Positions 63,480-64,000 of a stretch of DNA of 64,000 bases are shown here, piece by piece. This DNA is from Amoebidium appalachense (taxonomy: Eukaryota; Protista; Ichthyosporea): NCBI GenBank assembly GCA_963693365.1, contig CAVNZM010000011.1, positions 3,143,098 through 3,207,097 of the forward strand, given 5' to 3'. Within the stretch, counting starts at the first letter, position 1. Every line of letters begins with the position of its first letter. The notes under the pieces were generated by a model. It was not told the DNA's origin and searched no databases. It saw nothing but the letters and a program-made list of their open reading frames with translations. The position numbers and the translations under genes were made by a program.

Positions 63480-63747
63480 TCAAAGCAGGCAAATCTGAAC
63501 AAAGTCAACATGATCACACATCATGAGGCCGAACAAGAGGGGGCTAACAACGAACAGGCTGTGCCGGCCCCTATCCTGCGCATGCACAGGGAGTTCAAAG
63601 AGCCATAATGCGGGCCCTACCAGAACCCTGTGAAACGTGCCCAGACCCAACCCCAAGCACTATGTCCCAGTGGTGGGGGACTTTGTGCTGTGCAGAGTCG
63701 AACCCTATGCCGGCTACAACCCGAAGGGCTACCCTGAGCCTGCCAAG
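63480..63747 (+). pseudogene. Coding-like fragment
   Basis: HYVPVVGDFVLCRVEPY followed by a GT donor and poly-C; upstream frames contain stops. Confidence 0.25.
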
Positions 63748-63910
63748 GTAGTAACATCGTGCCAACATGTCCCCCCCCCCCCCCCCACCCTCCCCCCCAC
63801 CACCCCCGCCTACAATCCACTCCCTTTTCCCTCCCTCCCCCCTCTACCCTCAACTCCCTTTCCCAAATCCCCTTTTTGCTTCGTTTGATCCTTGCTTCGT
63901 TGCTTCTTTC

Positions 63911-63943
<33 letters not shown>

Positions 63944-64000
63944 TCCCCCTCCCACCCCATCCCCCCCTCCCCCTTCATCCTTTTGCTCCTTTTGTTCTTT

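Overview
Intron-rich eukaryotic DNA, probably an opisthokont protist (a guess from the gene set), saturated with (CA)/(TG), (CT)/(AG) and poly-G/C/A tracts that produce nearly all of the long spurious ORFs. Splicing by hand gives: an unknown gene (2.8-7.6 kb); the 5' half of a GT31 galactosyltransferase; a complete 8-exon gene for a secreted, Cys-rich protein of the bacterial-type ParB-like nuclease (ParBc_2) family; a complete Costars/ABRACL gene; a disrupted secreted precursor with CX3C hairpins and RKKR-delimited repeats; an intact 6-exon, 1535-aa DDE-type transposase with a DEDDy 3'-5' exonuclease inserted in its catalytic core; and ArfGAP1-like exons. A full-length two-ORF LINE (52117-57073, 8-bp TSD) splits an OTU-protease-like ORF. 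Its 3' end lies about 195 bp past an internal poly(A), and a 5'-truncated copy at 8.1-8.7 kb ends at the same base. The right end is a nest of decayed elements: a Sola-like transposase, a second LINE with a MITE, and palindrome and hairpin arrays. All family calls come from motif recognition, not database searches.
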